A DNA stretch of 61,154 nt, the filler included, from Barthelona sp. PAP020 (lineage: Eukaryota): the NCBI GenBank assembly GCA_040182905.1. It is 2 parts of 2 records of this genome, joined end to end, with 100 filler letters (N's around TTAATTAATTAA, not from the genome) between each part and the next. Parts side by side here need not be neighbours in the genome. Positions count along the whole stretch, not along the records: positions 1 to 30,766 come from JARQWU010000111.1; 1 more part is not named here. One strand, written 5' to 3'. A model generated the notes under the pieces. That model had not been told where the DNA came from. It saw only the letters and a list, made by a program, of their open reading frames with translations, and searched no databases. Position 1 is the stretch's first letter; the number at the start of each line of letters is the position of its first letter. This document shows, piece by piece, positions 1 through 11,318 of this stretch. Position numbers and translations under genes: made by a program.

Positions 1-1
1 T

Positions 2-313
2 GATCCATTGGACTATGTTCCTGATAATGCATTACGTTCTTCTGCATGGGAATTGTTGTTGATGAAAGATCATTGGCATTTGTCTATAAAATCTATGGCA
101 GAAAAGTTTTGGGAAGAACTTAAACCAGAAGCTATTATGCCCAGCGATTTCATTAAATTGTCTTTGGATGAATTTATTTCAAGTCAATTAAAGAAAAAAG
201 CAAAGAGTATCACAACAGCTTATCAAATTCCCACTGTTGAAGATTTCTATTCACATTCATTTTCTGCTTTTTCAATTGTGAAAAAAGAACCCATAATTAG
301 TCTTGAACAATAA
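2..313 (+). CDS. 3' end of a CBF/Mak21-domain nucleolar protein (Noc3/Noc4-like); 5' truncated by window edge
   Basis: The frame is open from base 2 and reads DPLDYVPDNALRSSAWELLLMKDHWH, resembling the CBF/Mak21 C-terminal motif A-x-x-S-x-x-WEL-x-x-L-x-x-H-Y-H. Confidence 0.55.
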   Translation, partial: DPLDYVPDNALRSSAWELLLMKDHWHLSIKSMAEKFWEELKPEAIMPSDFIKLSLDEFISSQLKKKAKSITTAYQIPTVEDFYSHSFSAFSIVKKEPIISLEQ

Positions 314-455
314 ATATGTTATTTAATTGAAAGAAATTTTTTTTTTTGCCAATTTACACAACTTCGCATTTTACTGGTAATTGAAAAAATGTAGTATTTA
401 ATATTATATTGTTCATGTATTAATAATATTTTAAATTGAATTGATTAATTTATCA

Positions 456-3400
456 ATGGTGTTCAGATTATTATGTTTTTTATGCTTATGTTTCATTTAT
501 GCGAATTGTTTAGCATGTTTAAATACTCAATATATCAAAAATGGGGTTTGTACAAATTGCGATGCAGGATATTATTGTGATGGTTTTGAGAAAATGGAAT
601 GTAAAAATGGTACTTATTCAAAAGCTGGAAGTAAAACTTGTTTGGCTTGTCCACAGGGATCTTATTGTATTAGTCCTTGTCGAAGTCCAGTAAATTGTCC
701 GATTGGAACATATTCTTCCCTTCAATCTTCAACATGCATTGATTGTCCTTCAGGTTCATATTGTCCATCAGTTGCAACATCAACTCCTATATTATGTGCA
801 GCAGGAACCTATAGTCTCATCAAGTCATCTGTATGTACCAGATGTCCGTTAGGTTTTGCCTGTCCAAAATTGAATGAGGCTCCTATCGCATGTGCAGCAG
901 GTTGGTACTCTTTGGGTGGTCAAACGACTTGTACAGAATGTTTGGCTGGTTATTATTGTTCAGAAACTTGGAAGGCTCCCATTATCTGTCCAAAAGGAAC
1001 GTATAGTCCAGCAGGTGTTGCTGCTTGCCTACAATGTCCAGCTGGATCCTTTTGTGATGCAGAAGGGATTGCTGCACCTTCAATTTGTCCAACTGGAATG
1101 TATAGTTCTATCGGTGCTACTGCTTGTTCCACCTGTCCTTCGGGCTCTTATTGTACAATTAATTCAACAACACCTGTGTTATGTTCAGCAGGAACATACA
1201 GTATTGGACAAAGTGGTAGTTGTTCAAAATGTGAGGGTGGGACGTACAGTACTATTGGGTCATCAAACTGTACAATTTGTCCAGCTGGAAGTTTTTGTTC
1301 TGTTGGTTCATCATTACCCATTCAATGTGGATCAGGGTCTTTTTCAAAGGGTGGCTCTGAGAATTGTAACTTGTGTCCAGAAGGAACTTACAGTGAAGCT
1401 GGAGCATCTCAATGTGTGAATTGTTCTGCAGGAAGCTACTGTCCTATTGGATGTTCTTCTCCTTTTTTGTGTGGGAAAGGAACTTTCTCAGATAATAATG
1501 CAAAAACATGTTCTCTTTGTCCGCTTGGACAATATTCTGAAATTGGCGCAAGCAAATGTACCACCTGCCCTGCTGGAAGTTATTGTGCATCGGCTAACTT
1601 AAACCCTGTCAAATGTAGTTCAGGATTCTTTTCTCAAGCCGGAAGCGCTTCATGTATTCAATGTCCTATTGGTAGCTATAGCAATGAGAACAGAACTTCT
1701 TGTGAAACTGTGCAACCTGGTTTCTATACTGACGGAAAATCAGCCATAGCATGTGCTCCAGGGACTTATTCCATTGTTAATGGAAGTTCATCATGTATTC
1801 TTTGCCCATCAGGGAGTCAATGTACTGCCACAACGATAGCAGTATGTTCCAAGGGAACTTATTCAACATTGGGATCTGGAACGTGTCAACAGTGTCCATC
1901 TGGGTATTATTGTCCTTCAAATACTTCACAACCAATTCCTTGTAATGATGGATTTCTTAGTGATCCAGGAGCATATGAATGCTATGCATTGGTTGACAAC
2001 ACAACATCTGTTGTTATTTGTGATTCAGGGTATTTTCAAACAAGTGCTGGAAATTGTGAGATCTGTCCTTTGAATTATGAATGTCCAACAATGTCCATAA
2101 AGAAGCAATGTGAAGAAGGAACTTATGCTTTGCCAGGGTCCATTTCTTGTGTTCCCTGTCCTGAGGGTTATTGTTGTCCTCTGCATGGTATTCCATTAAA
2201 ATGCAAAGACAATGAATATTCTCCTCTGAATGAAGGTTCTTGTTTAATTTGTCCCGCGGGATATCAGTGTGATGGTTCCAAGAAAACACTTTGTTTAAAG
2301 GGTTATTTTAGTGTTGAAGGTTCTTTACTTTGTACAAAATGCCCAGATGGATTTGTATGTACAGATCCTACAACATTACCAACAAAATGTCCAGCAGGTT
2401 ACAAGTGTATTGATGGGGGTCAATTGCTGTGTTCATCTGGAACATATAGTGAAGAAGGAAGTTCAACTTGTAAGAGATGTCCACCATATTATTCATGTTC
2501 AAACCCTGCCATATTACCCCAACTGTGTCCAAATGGATTTACAGGCATTAATGGGTCATGTGTCCTTTGTCGAGAAAACTACTATTGTGTTAAAGGAAAA
2601 GAAATTACATGTGAATCAGGTACCTTTAGCATAATGGGTTCAAGTGACTGTACTTTGTGTCCAGCTGGTTTTTGGTGCACAGGCAATTCAAATCCCCAAG
2701 TATGTAGTGTTGGAAAATATTCAAAAATTGGCGCATCTGCATGTACTGTATGCCCTTATCAACACATTTGTACAAATCCTTCAGAGTTACCAGTAGAATG
2801 TCCGGAAAGCACATATTCAAACACAACATCTTGTTTACCTTGTTCGATTGAAATGTCCTGTTTTGTTGGTTCTTCTGGTTCATGCAAAGCTGGTTGGTAT
2901 TTTGATAAAGAAACAAACGAATGTGTTGAATGTCCGATTGATAAATATTGTCCTGTTGGAGTTGCTGTGCCATTGTCTTGTCCTGATGGATTGTGTGTTA
3001 ATTCTGGAAGAACTACTTGTCAAGAGTGTGATTTGCTACTCAGATATCCTTTAATTTTTTTTATTGTGGCAGGATTATTAGTTATTGCTGGTATTCAATG
3101 GTGTTGTTCACATTCACCCAGATTTACACGAAGAAAAACTACAAAAATCATCAACATTGTGCCTCCTTTCAACATAGGCAAGTTTATCATTGATCCAATT
3201 TTCGGGTTTAAAGGAGACTTATCTTCAAAAAAAGATCTTGATGATAATGATATGGAGGATGTTTCTTTTACAAACCCCAAAAAGACATTGAAAATTTCGG
3301 CAAATTTGAGTCAGAAAGCCCTTTCTCCTGACATAAAGAAATTTGAGGATGTGTTGAAAATTAGACCTGAAAGAATTCAAGAGATAAGAAGCAAGTTGCA

Positions 3401-3824
3401 GAATTATGAAAAATTCCAAATTAATAACACTATTATTCGTTCAACAAGGAGTGCCTTCTTAATTTTGAGTGATTTAAAATTTGTTATAAGAACTCAAATA
3501 GAGGAATTATTTCCTGAAAGGAACATATTGGAACATGTTTTTGAATTGAAAAAGAAGTCGTTTGCATTGTTAGTGAATGTTTTAAGGAATTTGGATTTCC
3601 ACATTAAAAAAATTGAAGAAGAGTTTGATGAAGAGATTGTTGTTGCAAATCAATTAGCTTTATTGGAAAAAATTTCTGTTTTAGAAAAAGATGAAAATCA
3701 ACAGTTGTTAAAGAAATTATTCATTGCTTTTTTGTTAGAAGATTTGGATATTATTGATTCAAATGCTGAATTAAGGTTGATTTATCAACCAGAATCTTGT
3801 TTTATTGTAATCAAGCCGTGTTAA
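456..3824 (+). CDS. Type I membrane Cys-rich surface protein with GCC2/GCC3 (ephrin-receptor-like) repeats
   Basis: ATG at 456, hydrophobic signal peptide, dozens of CxxCPxGxYC / CxxGTYS repeats, one TM segment (PLIFFIVAGLLVIAGIQW) and a cytosolic tail of about 230 aa. Confidence 0.85.
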   Translation: MVFRLLCFLCLCFIYANCLACLNTQYIKNGVCTNCDAGYYCDGFEKMECKNGTYSKAGSKTCLACPQGSYCISPCRSPVNCPIGTYSSLQSSTCIDCPSGSYCPSVATSTPILCAAGTYSLIKSSVCTRCPLGFACPKLNEAPIACAAGWYSLGGQTTCTECLAGYYCSETWKAPIICPKGTYSPAGVAACLQCPAGSFCDAEGIAAPSICPTGMYSSIGATACSTCPSGSYCTINSTTPVLCSAGTYSIGQSGSCSKCEGGTYSTIGSSNCTICPAGSFCSVGSSLPIQCGSGSFSKGGSENCNLCPEGTYSEAGASQCVNCSAGSYCPIGCSSPFLCGKGTFSDNNAKTCSLCPLGQYSEIGASKCTTCPAGSYCASANLNPVKCSSGFFSQAGSASCIQCPIGSYSNENRTSCETVQPGFYTDGKSAIACAPGTYSIVNGSSSCILCPSGSQCTATTIAVCSKGTYSTLGSGTCQQCPSGYYCPSNTSQPIPCNDGFLSDPGAYECYALVDNTTSVVICDSGYFQTSAGNCEICPLNYECPTMSIKKQCEEGTYALPGSISCVPCPEGYCCPLHGIPLKCKDNEYSPLNEGSCLICPAGYQCDGSKKTLCLKGYFSVEGSLLCTKCPDGFVCTDPTTLPTKCPAGYKCIDGGQLLCSSGTYSEEGSSTCKRCPPYYSCSNPAILPQLCPNGFTGINGSCVLCRENYYCVKGKEITCESGTFSIMGSSDCTLCPAGFWCTGNSNPQVCSVGKYSKIGASACTVCPYQHICTNPSELPVECPESTYSNTTSCLPCSIEMSCFVGSSGSCKAGWYFDKETNECVECPIDKYCPVGVAVPLSCPDGLCVNSGRTTCQECDLLLRYPLIFFIVAGLLVIAGIQWCCSHSPRFTRRKTTKIINIVPPFNIGKFIIDPIFGFKGDLSSKKDLDDNDMEDVSFTNPKKTLKISANLSQKALSPDIKKFEDVLKIRPERIQEIRSKLQNYEKFQINNTIIRSTRSAFLILSDLKFVIRTQIEELFPERNILEHVFELKKKSFALLVNVLRNLDFHIKKIEEEFDEEIVVANQLALLEKISVLEKDENQQLLKKLFIAFLLEDLDIIDSNAELRLIYQPESCFIVIKPC

Positions 3825-3969
3825 TTTTTGGTAAATTTATAAATTTAGATTTTATTTAATCGTTACGTTTTGTTATTATAAATAACTCTTATCCCCTTAA
3901 ATAGCCTTTAAAAAAGGTGAAACATGGAAAAATTTTGTTTGGAAAATGTCTTGATTTTTTTTATTAATT

Positions 3970-4881
3970 ATGGGTTGTAGTTGTCGTGTTGTTACTATTA
4001 GTGTTATAACTATAGTTGTATTATTAATAATTTATGTGTTAATGGGATTCCAATCTGTTGAGCAAGCCAGTATTGGTTATACTTACAATGGAATATCAGG
4101 AAATGCTGATTTTAAAAATAGTTTACCAGAAGGAAGACATTTTGTGGGACCTTTTAATTCTTTAATTACTTTTCCTTTGTCCAACATTCATCTTAACTTT
4201 GAAGGAACTAGTTCTGGTACTTCTGGTGCTATTGCAGCTCGTTCTACTGAAGGATTAAGTGTCAGCTTAGATATTGATGTATATTATAAATTGGATGAAG
4301 ATGAATTTGAAGATGTATTTAATAAATTTGGTACCCGTTACAACCAATTCTATCTTCGTTTATCGAGAGATATTATTCGTGATGTTACATCACGTTTTGA
4401 AGCTTTTTCGTTATTTAGTAATCGTACAGGAGTTGAATTAGAAATGTTTACTGAACTTAATCAAAAATTTAAATCATTGCATGCTGAAATTTATCAAGTT
4501 GATTTAAATCAGATTAGTTTGCCCTCTGATTATGAGGCTTCTATTACTGAGGTTGAAAAAGTTCGTCAAACCATCACACAAGCAGAGGCCACAAAGCAAA
4601 GTATGATCATTGAAGCAGAAACTCATGTAATTGAAGCAACCACTTCTGCTACTATTAAGATCAATGCTGCTGAGGGAGAAGCTACATCAATAATTAATGC
4701 AGCAGAAGCAGAGGCAACCGAAATATCGTTGTTAACTAATGCAACTCAAGATGCTTTGAAAAAGTTCCAAACTGAATTTAGCATGTCTACCAAACAAATT
4801 TTGAGGTATTTTAGCACAATGATGCTTGAAGAACACGATGACTCCAAGGTTATTTTTGATGCTGCCAATTTTAATTTGTAA
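3970..4881 (+). CDS. SPFH/band 7/prohibitin-family membrane protein
   Basis: N-terminal TM, EGRHFVGPF, ARSTEGLSVSLDIDVYY, then Ala/Glu-rich coiled coil (AEGEA, AEAEA). Confidence 0.85.
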   Translation: MGCSCRVVTISVITIVVLLIIYVLMGFQSVEQASIGYTYNGISGNADFKNSLPEGRHFVGPFNSLITFPLSNIHLNFEGTSSGTSGAIAARSTEGLSVSLDIDVYYKLDEDEFEDVFNKFGTRYNQFYLRLSRDIIRDVTSRFEAFSLFSNRTGVELEMFTELNQKFKSLHAEIYQVDLNQISLPSDYEASITEVEKVRQTITQAEATKQSMIIEAETHVIEATTSATIKINAAEGEATSIINAAEAEATEISLLTNATQDALKKFQTEFSMSTKQILRYFSTMMLEEHDDSKVIFDAANFNL

Positions 4882-4975
4882 ATTATTTTCATCGTTGTTT
4901 TTGCAAAAATGGGATCGAGTTTCTGAAAAGAAAAAAAAAGGAATATAAAATTTACATGAGAATTGAGTACATCAC

Positions 4976-6871
4976 TCATCTCCGTTTATTTGTAAAAGAA
5001 GCTAATTTCGTTAAAACATTGCTGTTCAACAAGCTATTTTCCAATTGTGGTTGAGAATAAAATGATGACGATGCCAATGGCTTTGAATGAAGAAACTTTG
5101 AAGAATCATTTTCATTTTTGGTCACAGATACTGAATTCAGAGAAGAAGAACGAGAATGTAAGGTTCCCAATCTACCGAAACTATTGATATCTTGGGGTTT
5201 ATCGAAATGATTGGAAAGAATATTGTTATTAGTTGTTTGCAACAACTGATGTTGACGAGATGGAACACTTTTGATTAGAAGCTTGTTAAGATCTGTGACA
5301 TTATTAACCAAGCTATTGTTTTTAGTTGTGTGGATGTTATTGCTACTAATTGAATTTCTCTGGTTATTTTCCACAATTTCCAAAAGTTTTTGTACTTCAA
5401 GAAATAATTCATTAATTTCCTTTTCTTTCTTTTTCAATTTTTCTTCTTTATCAACAACACTGTCATTCAAAAGCATTATTTTATGTCTAGAAGCTTCTAA
5501 TTCACTCATTTTACCATTACAACTATTTAAAGCTTGAATTTCATTTTCTTTTTCTTGTAACAAAAGTTTTAAATTTGAAAGCTCCGAATTCTTTGTTTCT
5601 AATTCCAGTGCAAATTCATGTAACTTACTAGCTTGACAATCCATATCAGTTTGAAATTGTTGATTGTTGAAAAAAAGTGCATTGGATTTGTCAACCTCCA
5701 TATGCAATTCAGACTTTAATTGGGACAATTCCATTTCTCTATTTTCAAGCAAACCACTCATTTTCTGCAATTCTAATGATTGTGTAACAGATTTTTCTGA
5801 AATCAATTCTAACCTCTTTTTCAAACTCTCATTCTCCACCAATAAATGCGTCTGTTTATTTTCAACAGAATTTAATTCTTGAATTAACAACTCTACCCTT
5901 CTTTTTAATTCAATATTCTCTCCTTGAACTCTTCCCATGTCAACGGTTTGTCTATCTAATCTAACTTTCAATCCTTGAAGATCTGATTCTAAATTGACCT
6001 TCAAAGCAAGTAACTTTCCCTTCTCTTGCTCATGAAAAGTACGAGTTCCACTCATATTCATTATTTGAGTGTTTTGAGATATTAACTCTTTTCTCAATTC
6101 ACTATTTTCAGCTCTCAATTGACTAATAACCAATTCATATTGATTAATATCTCGTCTAGCCATTGTTGAAAAGGGTGAATTTATTTCCCCGGATAAATCT
6201 TCAATTCGTAAAGATGTTGACCTTATTCTGTCTTCTTTCTCTTTATTTTCAACGTCAGAGAGTAAACTACGCAAAGGAGTTTGCTTATTTGATGATGATG
6301 AAAGAACTGTTTTAGAAGGAGTAAAAACTTGTAAATCTTCAAGATAATCATCATTATCGTTGGATTCCAATTGAACAAAACGTGGCTTAGGACTGCTCAA
6401 GATTTTTAAAGTTTCAAATTGACGTTGAATTCTAGATGATGAGTTAATACTATTTTCAATAATATCAGTAACCTTATCAGTAATTTGTTTCCCTTTTAAA
6501 TTGATTCTTTGAATATCATTATGAATGGGAGAATCAGGCTCCAATAAAATTGACAATGCTTTCGTCTCATCAATCAAATCATTTGAATGATGTAAAGCTT
6601 GATTTAATACACTTAACTCATTAACACCAATAAAATTAGCGACTTCATTAAGGTTTTCATTGATTATTAATCTATCAGACAAATTATTTGAATTCAATTT
6701 CATTGTTTCTTCTTCAATCACTTTGACACTTGCATTAACATTATCTAAACGAGATTGCTCAGAAATAACACCAGTTTCAAGAACATTATGAATCTTTTCA
6801 ACATCTAAAATTTTTTGTTTAATATCTTTGACAAGAAGTTGTGCCTGTAAATTATTATTTTCAATGGTCAT
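4976..6871 (-). CDS. Coiled-coil protein of unknown function
   Basis: Long ORF, first ATG at 6871, with a heptad-rich E/L/K central region. Confidence 0.7.
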   Translation of the reverse strand: MTIENNNLQAQLLVKDIKQKILDVEKIHNVLETGVISEQSRLDNVNASVKVIEEETMKLNSNNLSDRLIINENLNEVANFIGVNELSVLNQALHHSNDLIDETKALSILLEPDSPIHNDIQRINLKGKQITDKVTDIIENSINSSSRIQRQFETLKILSSPKPRFVQLESNDNDDYLEDLQVFTPSKTVLSSSSNKQTPLRSLLSDVENKEKEDRIRSTSLRIEDLSGEINSPFSTMARRDINQYELVISQLRAENSELRKELISQNTQIMNMSGTRTFHEQEKGKLLALKVNLESDLQGLKVRLDRQTVDMGRVQGENIELKRRVELLIQELNSVENKQTHLLVENESLKKRLELISEKSVTQSLELQKMSGLLENREMELSQLKSELHMEVDKSNALFFNNQQFQTDMDCQASKLHEFALELETKNSELSNLKLLLQEKENEIQALNSCNGKMSELEASRHKIMLLNDSVVDKEEKLKKKEKEINELFLEVQKLLEIVENNQRNSISSNNIHTTKNNSLVNNVTDLNKLLIKSVPSRQHQLLQTTNNNILSNHFDKPQDINSFGRLGTLHSRSSSLNSVSVTKNENDSSKFLHSKPLASSSFYSQPQLENSLLNSNVLTKLASFTNKRR

Positions 6872-6936
6872 AAACAATCTCGTAATCTTCAAAAATGAAA
6901 TAAAAAAACTTTGAAATTAAATAAGAATTTACATAA

Positions 6937-7956
6937 TTAATAAGGAGTTCGAAAATTAACATCAAAACTATCTAAAGGAGCTTTTAAAATACTGTTAATA
7001 TGTTTTTTATCACTATCAGATATAGAAGAAGAAGAATCAAGATTAATGTCCTCTTCCATAATATTTGCAATCAATTCCATATTTCTTGCATCTTTTGCAT
7101 CTTTTGCAAAAAAAATTAAGTCTCTATAAGACATATTATTCTTTTTTCGATTCGAATCTGTTAATCTTCTTGAATTTTCAGATTGAATGACAATTTTTTC
7201 ATCTTCATCGCTGACAATTTCTGTTATTTTAGCAAAAAAATCGTCACGATTGTTTTCATTTGAAGAAGAAAGAAAAGTTTCAAAATCAACCTCCTTTAAA
7301 CAAGGAGGTAAGGGAGAAGCAACATTTCTGAAATGTTCATCTTTGGTTTGGTAATAATAATGGTTCAATAAATCCAATTGATAACTTATATTTTCAGAAA
7401 GAAACAAAAATTCCTTGAAAGAAACAACATTTTCCTCAAATTCTGAATTGATTAACTTATAATGCTTGGTAAACAAGTTGTAAATTTGGAATCGAATTTC
7501 TTCAAACAAATTTTTTAAGAAAGAGAACAAGCGAATCCCATTTGTATTGATATTGATTTTAGACATATTATTCAATGTGGTTTGAGTTTGATGATATTTT
7601 TTACAATTCAATTCCTCAGCAACACTATTCCCCAAAGAAATTAATGTATCCATTTCAAAAAAAGACAGTAATTCATTCTCAGGATATGAAGGTCTTATCA
7701 TTTGAGGATTGTTTCTCAATGCATTGAAGTAACTACTGAATGATAAACTTACCAAATGAAATTTCTTCAAATATCCATACCATATAACAACTAAATTTTC
7801 TAATGTTTTTGAAGTTGACACATGATGTGCAACTAACTTACCAGATAAATTATTTCGTTCAACATTACTTTGTAAACGACTTGTATCTCTCGACATAGAG
7901 AGAGAAGAGTTTATTTGACTTGCTCTGCTTGAAATTCGTGTTGTAGAAGCAGACAT
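6937..7956 (-). CDS. Hypothetical protein
   Basis: ORF of about 339 aa, ATG at 7956; no recognised motif. Confidence 0.65.
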   Translation of the reverse strand: MSASTTRISSRASQINSSLSMSRDTSRLQSNVERNNLSGKLVAHHVSTSKTLENLVVIWYGYLKKFHLVSLSFSSYFNALRNNPQMIRPSYPENELLSFFEMDTLISLGNSVAEELNCKKYHQTQTTLNNMSKININTNGIRLFSFLKNLFEEIRFQIYNLFTKHYKLINSEFEENVVSFKEFLFLSENISYQLDLLNHYYYQTKDEHFRNVASPLPPCLKEVDFETFLSSSNENNRDDFFAKITEIVSDEDEKIVIQSENSRRLTDSNRKKNNMSYRDLIFFAKDAKDARNMELIANIMEEDINLDSSSSISDSDKKHINSILKAPLDSFDVNFRTPY

Positions 7957-8264
7957 CAAATCAATAAAACATGAAAAAATCGTCTATAAATAAAAAAAAA
8001 TTCTTTTTTGCTTTAGTACTCTTCAATGAAACATGCTCATAATCATCTATTTAGTTCACTTATTGCACGAAATAAAAATAAAATTTTGTATTTATCATCT
8101 TTACTCATTTTATGTGATTCTTCTTTCATAAAAAAAAAAATCTAAAATTCTATTATGTTCTTAGGATTCTTTAGATTATTAAAACCAAAGAAATGAATTA
8201 GAAAATTTCAAAAGTGATGAAATTCTCCAACAATGAATAAAAATACAACCAAATTTATCAACGG

Positions 8265-9430
8265 CTAATTATTCTTACTTCTAAGAAATGTAAACGGTTT
8301 GACAAAGTTACGGAATTTTGTATCATTGATATTCCCACTGTTTTGGATCATTCTCCATTCTTCGGCTTCTTTAAATAAGTCTGCATTTTCAAAAGTCAAA
8401 TCTGTTGTAAAGTTGAATAAAGGGCTCTCTGTCAAAGAACATATGTCATTTAATTCTTGAAACAATTTTATATCATAATCTAAGAAATTAAAAAATGGAG
8501 CAAATGTTTCTTTGGGGTTTGGTTTAATATTTGCTGTTTCGTGCATGAGTTCAAATAAACCCTTTGCATCTGTTGTGTTTAACAGTGAAGGGTAACCACT
8601 TTCATATATTGCATTGGCTAGATCATCCAATTCTGTGATGGAATATTCTTCAAGAGGTTTTGTTTCTATTTCTCTAAAAAAGGGTTCATACTGTGTGTCA
8701 AACAACAACTTGAAATAATTATTTTGAATCAACCGTAATAAACCAATAATAGCAATGTCAAGATATGGGTTTCCCAAAAATAGAGCTTCAACATGCAAAA
8801 TATCTTCAATGGAATCACAAGCAGGCAAAAATTTAGTCAAATATTCTCTTGTTTTCTGATCAGTCAATATCAGCTCAAATACCTTTCGATCAACAATAAC
8901 ATTTGTTAAATCTGTTAAAACTACTTGAGGTCTAATATCATTAAACGTTAAATCAAAGCTAGGATCTTTTAATTCAATTGAATGTTTCTGGTTCTTGGCT
9001 TTTTCAAAATCAACATGTTCAAGCTTTGAAGAGGTAGGCAACAAAGTAGACAATATCGCACCACATCGTTCTTTTATTAAAGGAACAGCTTTTTTCTGTT
9101 CTTGAAGAATGTAGGTACGTAATAATTCAATTCTTTCTTCTTCTTCCTTTTGTTTTTCCAAAAAAGCAATTCTTTCAGCAGCTTTTGATCCTTTGTTTTT
9201 TGCATTTGGTCTTGATTCATATTCTTCATATTCAGAATCTAATTCAGTCGAACTTGAATCAAATTCTTCTTCACTTACTAATGAATGTAGCTTTTCTAAC
9301 GATAAAATTTTGATTATGGTGATATTTCGAGAATATCAATAAAAGGGTACTCAAAATTTTGTTTGTTCTTTGCCCTTTTTTATTAACACTAAATTTATGG
9401 TTAACAATACTACAAGTATATTTTCTGCAT
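8265..9430 (-). CDS. Hypothetical protein with possible DEUBAD (NFRKB/ASXL-like) domain; 5' end probably spliced (exons 9430-9414, 9388-9351, 9295-8265)
   Basis: The frame is open well upstream of 9161 but has no ATG. Two GT-AG introns (25 and 55 nt) give an in-frame model. The segment LTDLTNVIVDRKVFELILTDQKTREYLTKFLP...EALFLGNPY resembles NFRKB DEUBAD. Confidence 0.5.
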
Positions 9431-9509
9431 AAATTAATTAAAAGTGTAGTAATTATAAAATTGTATTCATTGGTTTTTATTTTTTTATTCAACTTAAAAT
9501 TGTATTTTT

Positions 9510-11210
9510 ATGCTTGAAAGTCGTTACTTATTGGCAATCGATATAATTAATGATGAATTCGGAAAGGATCATTCAAAATTAATTGAGAATTTGATAATGC
9601 AACCAAATCAAACTTTTGGAGAGTTGTGCCAAAATTTAGATATATCTAAACCCTTATTGAAAGATCTGTTAACTGTTTTAATTCAACACAATTGTGTTGT
9701 TTATGTTGAAATGGAGATTAAAGGTAAACCAAAAAAAATGGTAAGGTATTCAGTTAATTTGCACAGTATTTTATTAAGAAAAAGGTTTGCAGAAGTTTTG
9801 AATTTTTTGACTAATTATTTACCTTCAAAAACATTATATTCTGGAAATCCTTCTTCTTTAGACATTGCCATAGAATTGATTACACAAATATATATTGAGG
9901 GAAAGGTTTATAAGAACAATATTATTGAAAAGATTTCAACTGGCATGGCACAAATTGCGGCAATAAATAATCAAACATTTTCTGCAACTAAAATTCAAGT
10001 AAATCAAATCTTTGAAGATTTGACGAAAGAAGGTTTCATAAAACCAAAGAATCCCTTGATTACATTTCAAACTGATGAGGATGAGGATTCACAAAAACGT
10101 CTACGTACTCATTCAGTTTCAAGATTAAATAAATTGAATGACATGCCCAGATTGGCAGCTCCAACTTTTGTAGATAGCACTTCTGAGAATCTAGCAGCCA
10201 TATTGAATATTAATGATTATTCTAAAGAGGCAGAGAAGGAATTAGATGATCAATTGTCATTAGACGACAAGTTGTGGAGTGTTGATCACATTTGTTTTCT
10301 TCAAAGATTCCGTCATCAAAGGCTTGTTTCATTTTTACGAGATAGTTTTGATTCCTTTACTGCAGGAATTATTTCCAGTATGTTAACCGTTGGAAAGTTC
10401 TCTGAAGACTCTGTACAAAAATCCAATCAAACTCAAGAAGAATCTGACCGTTTGGAACAGTTAAAGTTATTAATGATGAAGGGTTCAAGTGATAAGAAAA
10501 GGTTAATTTCAAACGTGCGTACTTACAATGTCCATTTGTCTGAGGAAAGAGCTCCTGCAAAAACACATTTATTGTCAGATGTTTTGTCATTGGGACCTGT
10601 TCCTTTAATTGAAATATGCAATGGTTTACCCACTGAACTTTCAAAATCTCGAAGCAAAGAAGCTATTATTAGTAAAGTTAGAGACACTCTTATTACCTTG
10701 TCAAATAGACCGAATAGTTTTATAGTTGTTCATGATGATGATTCGTTTTCCTTGTTGTTTAATGACTTATCCATAGAAATTAGAAAAGAGGAACTATTGG
10801 GCATAATTTATTCCCAACTGTCTCCTTTAGCCATGCGTATTTTCCGAATTCTATTGGATATTCCCTTGATATCCCAACAAAGTATTGCTGATCGTGCATT
10901 AGCCCCATTAAAAGAAGTCAGAGAAGCTTTGTATGAATTGTCCAATTTTGGGTACATTACCAACATGGAAATATCGAAGGCCACAGATCATGATCCCAAG
11001 AGAACGTTTTTTTTATATTCTGCCCATTTCGAAGAAGCTGTTGTGCCAGTTATTGAAAGGCTGTATCATTCCTATCGCAATCTTAGAAGAAGATCAATAA
11101 ATCTACACAATGAACCTGATACTGCAAATGAAAAGCAAATTGCCATATCTAGGTTGGATTTTGCCATGGCAAAAATTGACGAAGCTATTTTAACACTTGA
11201 ATGCTTCTGA
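9510..11210 (+). CDS. RPC3: RNA polymerase III subunit RPC3 (Rpc82/POLR3C)
   Basis: N-terminal winged helix with LTVLIQHNCV. The C-terminal AMRIFRILL...KEVREALYEL...EISKATDHDPKRTFFLY is typical of RPC62/RPC82. Confidence 0.85.
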   Translation: MLESRYLLAIDIINDEFGKDHSKLIENLIMQPNQTFGELCQNLDISKPLLKDLLTVLIQHNCVVYVEMEIKGKPKKMVRYSVNLHSILLRKRFAEVLNFLTNYLPSKTLYSGNPSSLDIAIELITQIYIEGKVYKNNIIEKISTGMAQIAAINNQTFSATKIQVNQIFEDLTKEGFIKPKNPLITFQTDEDEDSQKRLRTHSVSRLNKLNDMPRLAAPTFVDSTSENLAAILNINDYSKEAEKELDDQLSLDDKLWSVDHICFLQRFRHQRLVSFLRDSFDSFTAGIISSMLTVGKFSEDSVQKSNQTQEESDRLEQLKLLMMKGSSDKKRLISNVRTYNVHLSEERAPAKTHLLSDVLSLGPVPLIEICNGLPTELSKSRSKEAIISKVRDTLITLSNRPNSFIVVHDDDSFSLLFNDLSIEIRKEELLGIIYSQLSPLAMRIFRILLDIPLISQQSIADRALAPLKEVREALYELSNFGYITNMEISKATDHDPKRTFFLYSAHFEEAVVPVIERLYHSYRNLRRRSINLHNEPDTANEKQIAISRLDFAMAKIDEAILTLECF

Positions 11211-11318
11211 TTGCATAAATATGTTAGTAGTCGTTCAATGTTTGTTTTTTGTTTCTTTTTACAAAGAAAAAATGAAAAAAAATTTACAAAAAAAGTTATG
11301 GAGTTGGAACCACTCTGA

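Noticed and set aside
874..3419. Alternative-frame and antisense ORFs over the Cys-rich gene, and similar shadow ORFs over other genes
   Set aside because: By-products of repetitive coding sequence and codon bias; no independent motifs.
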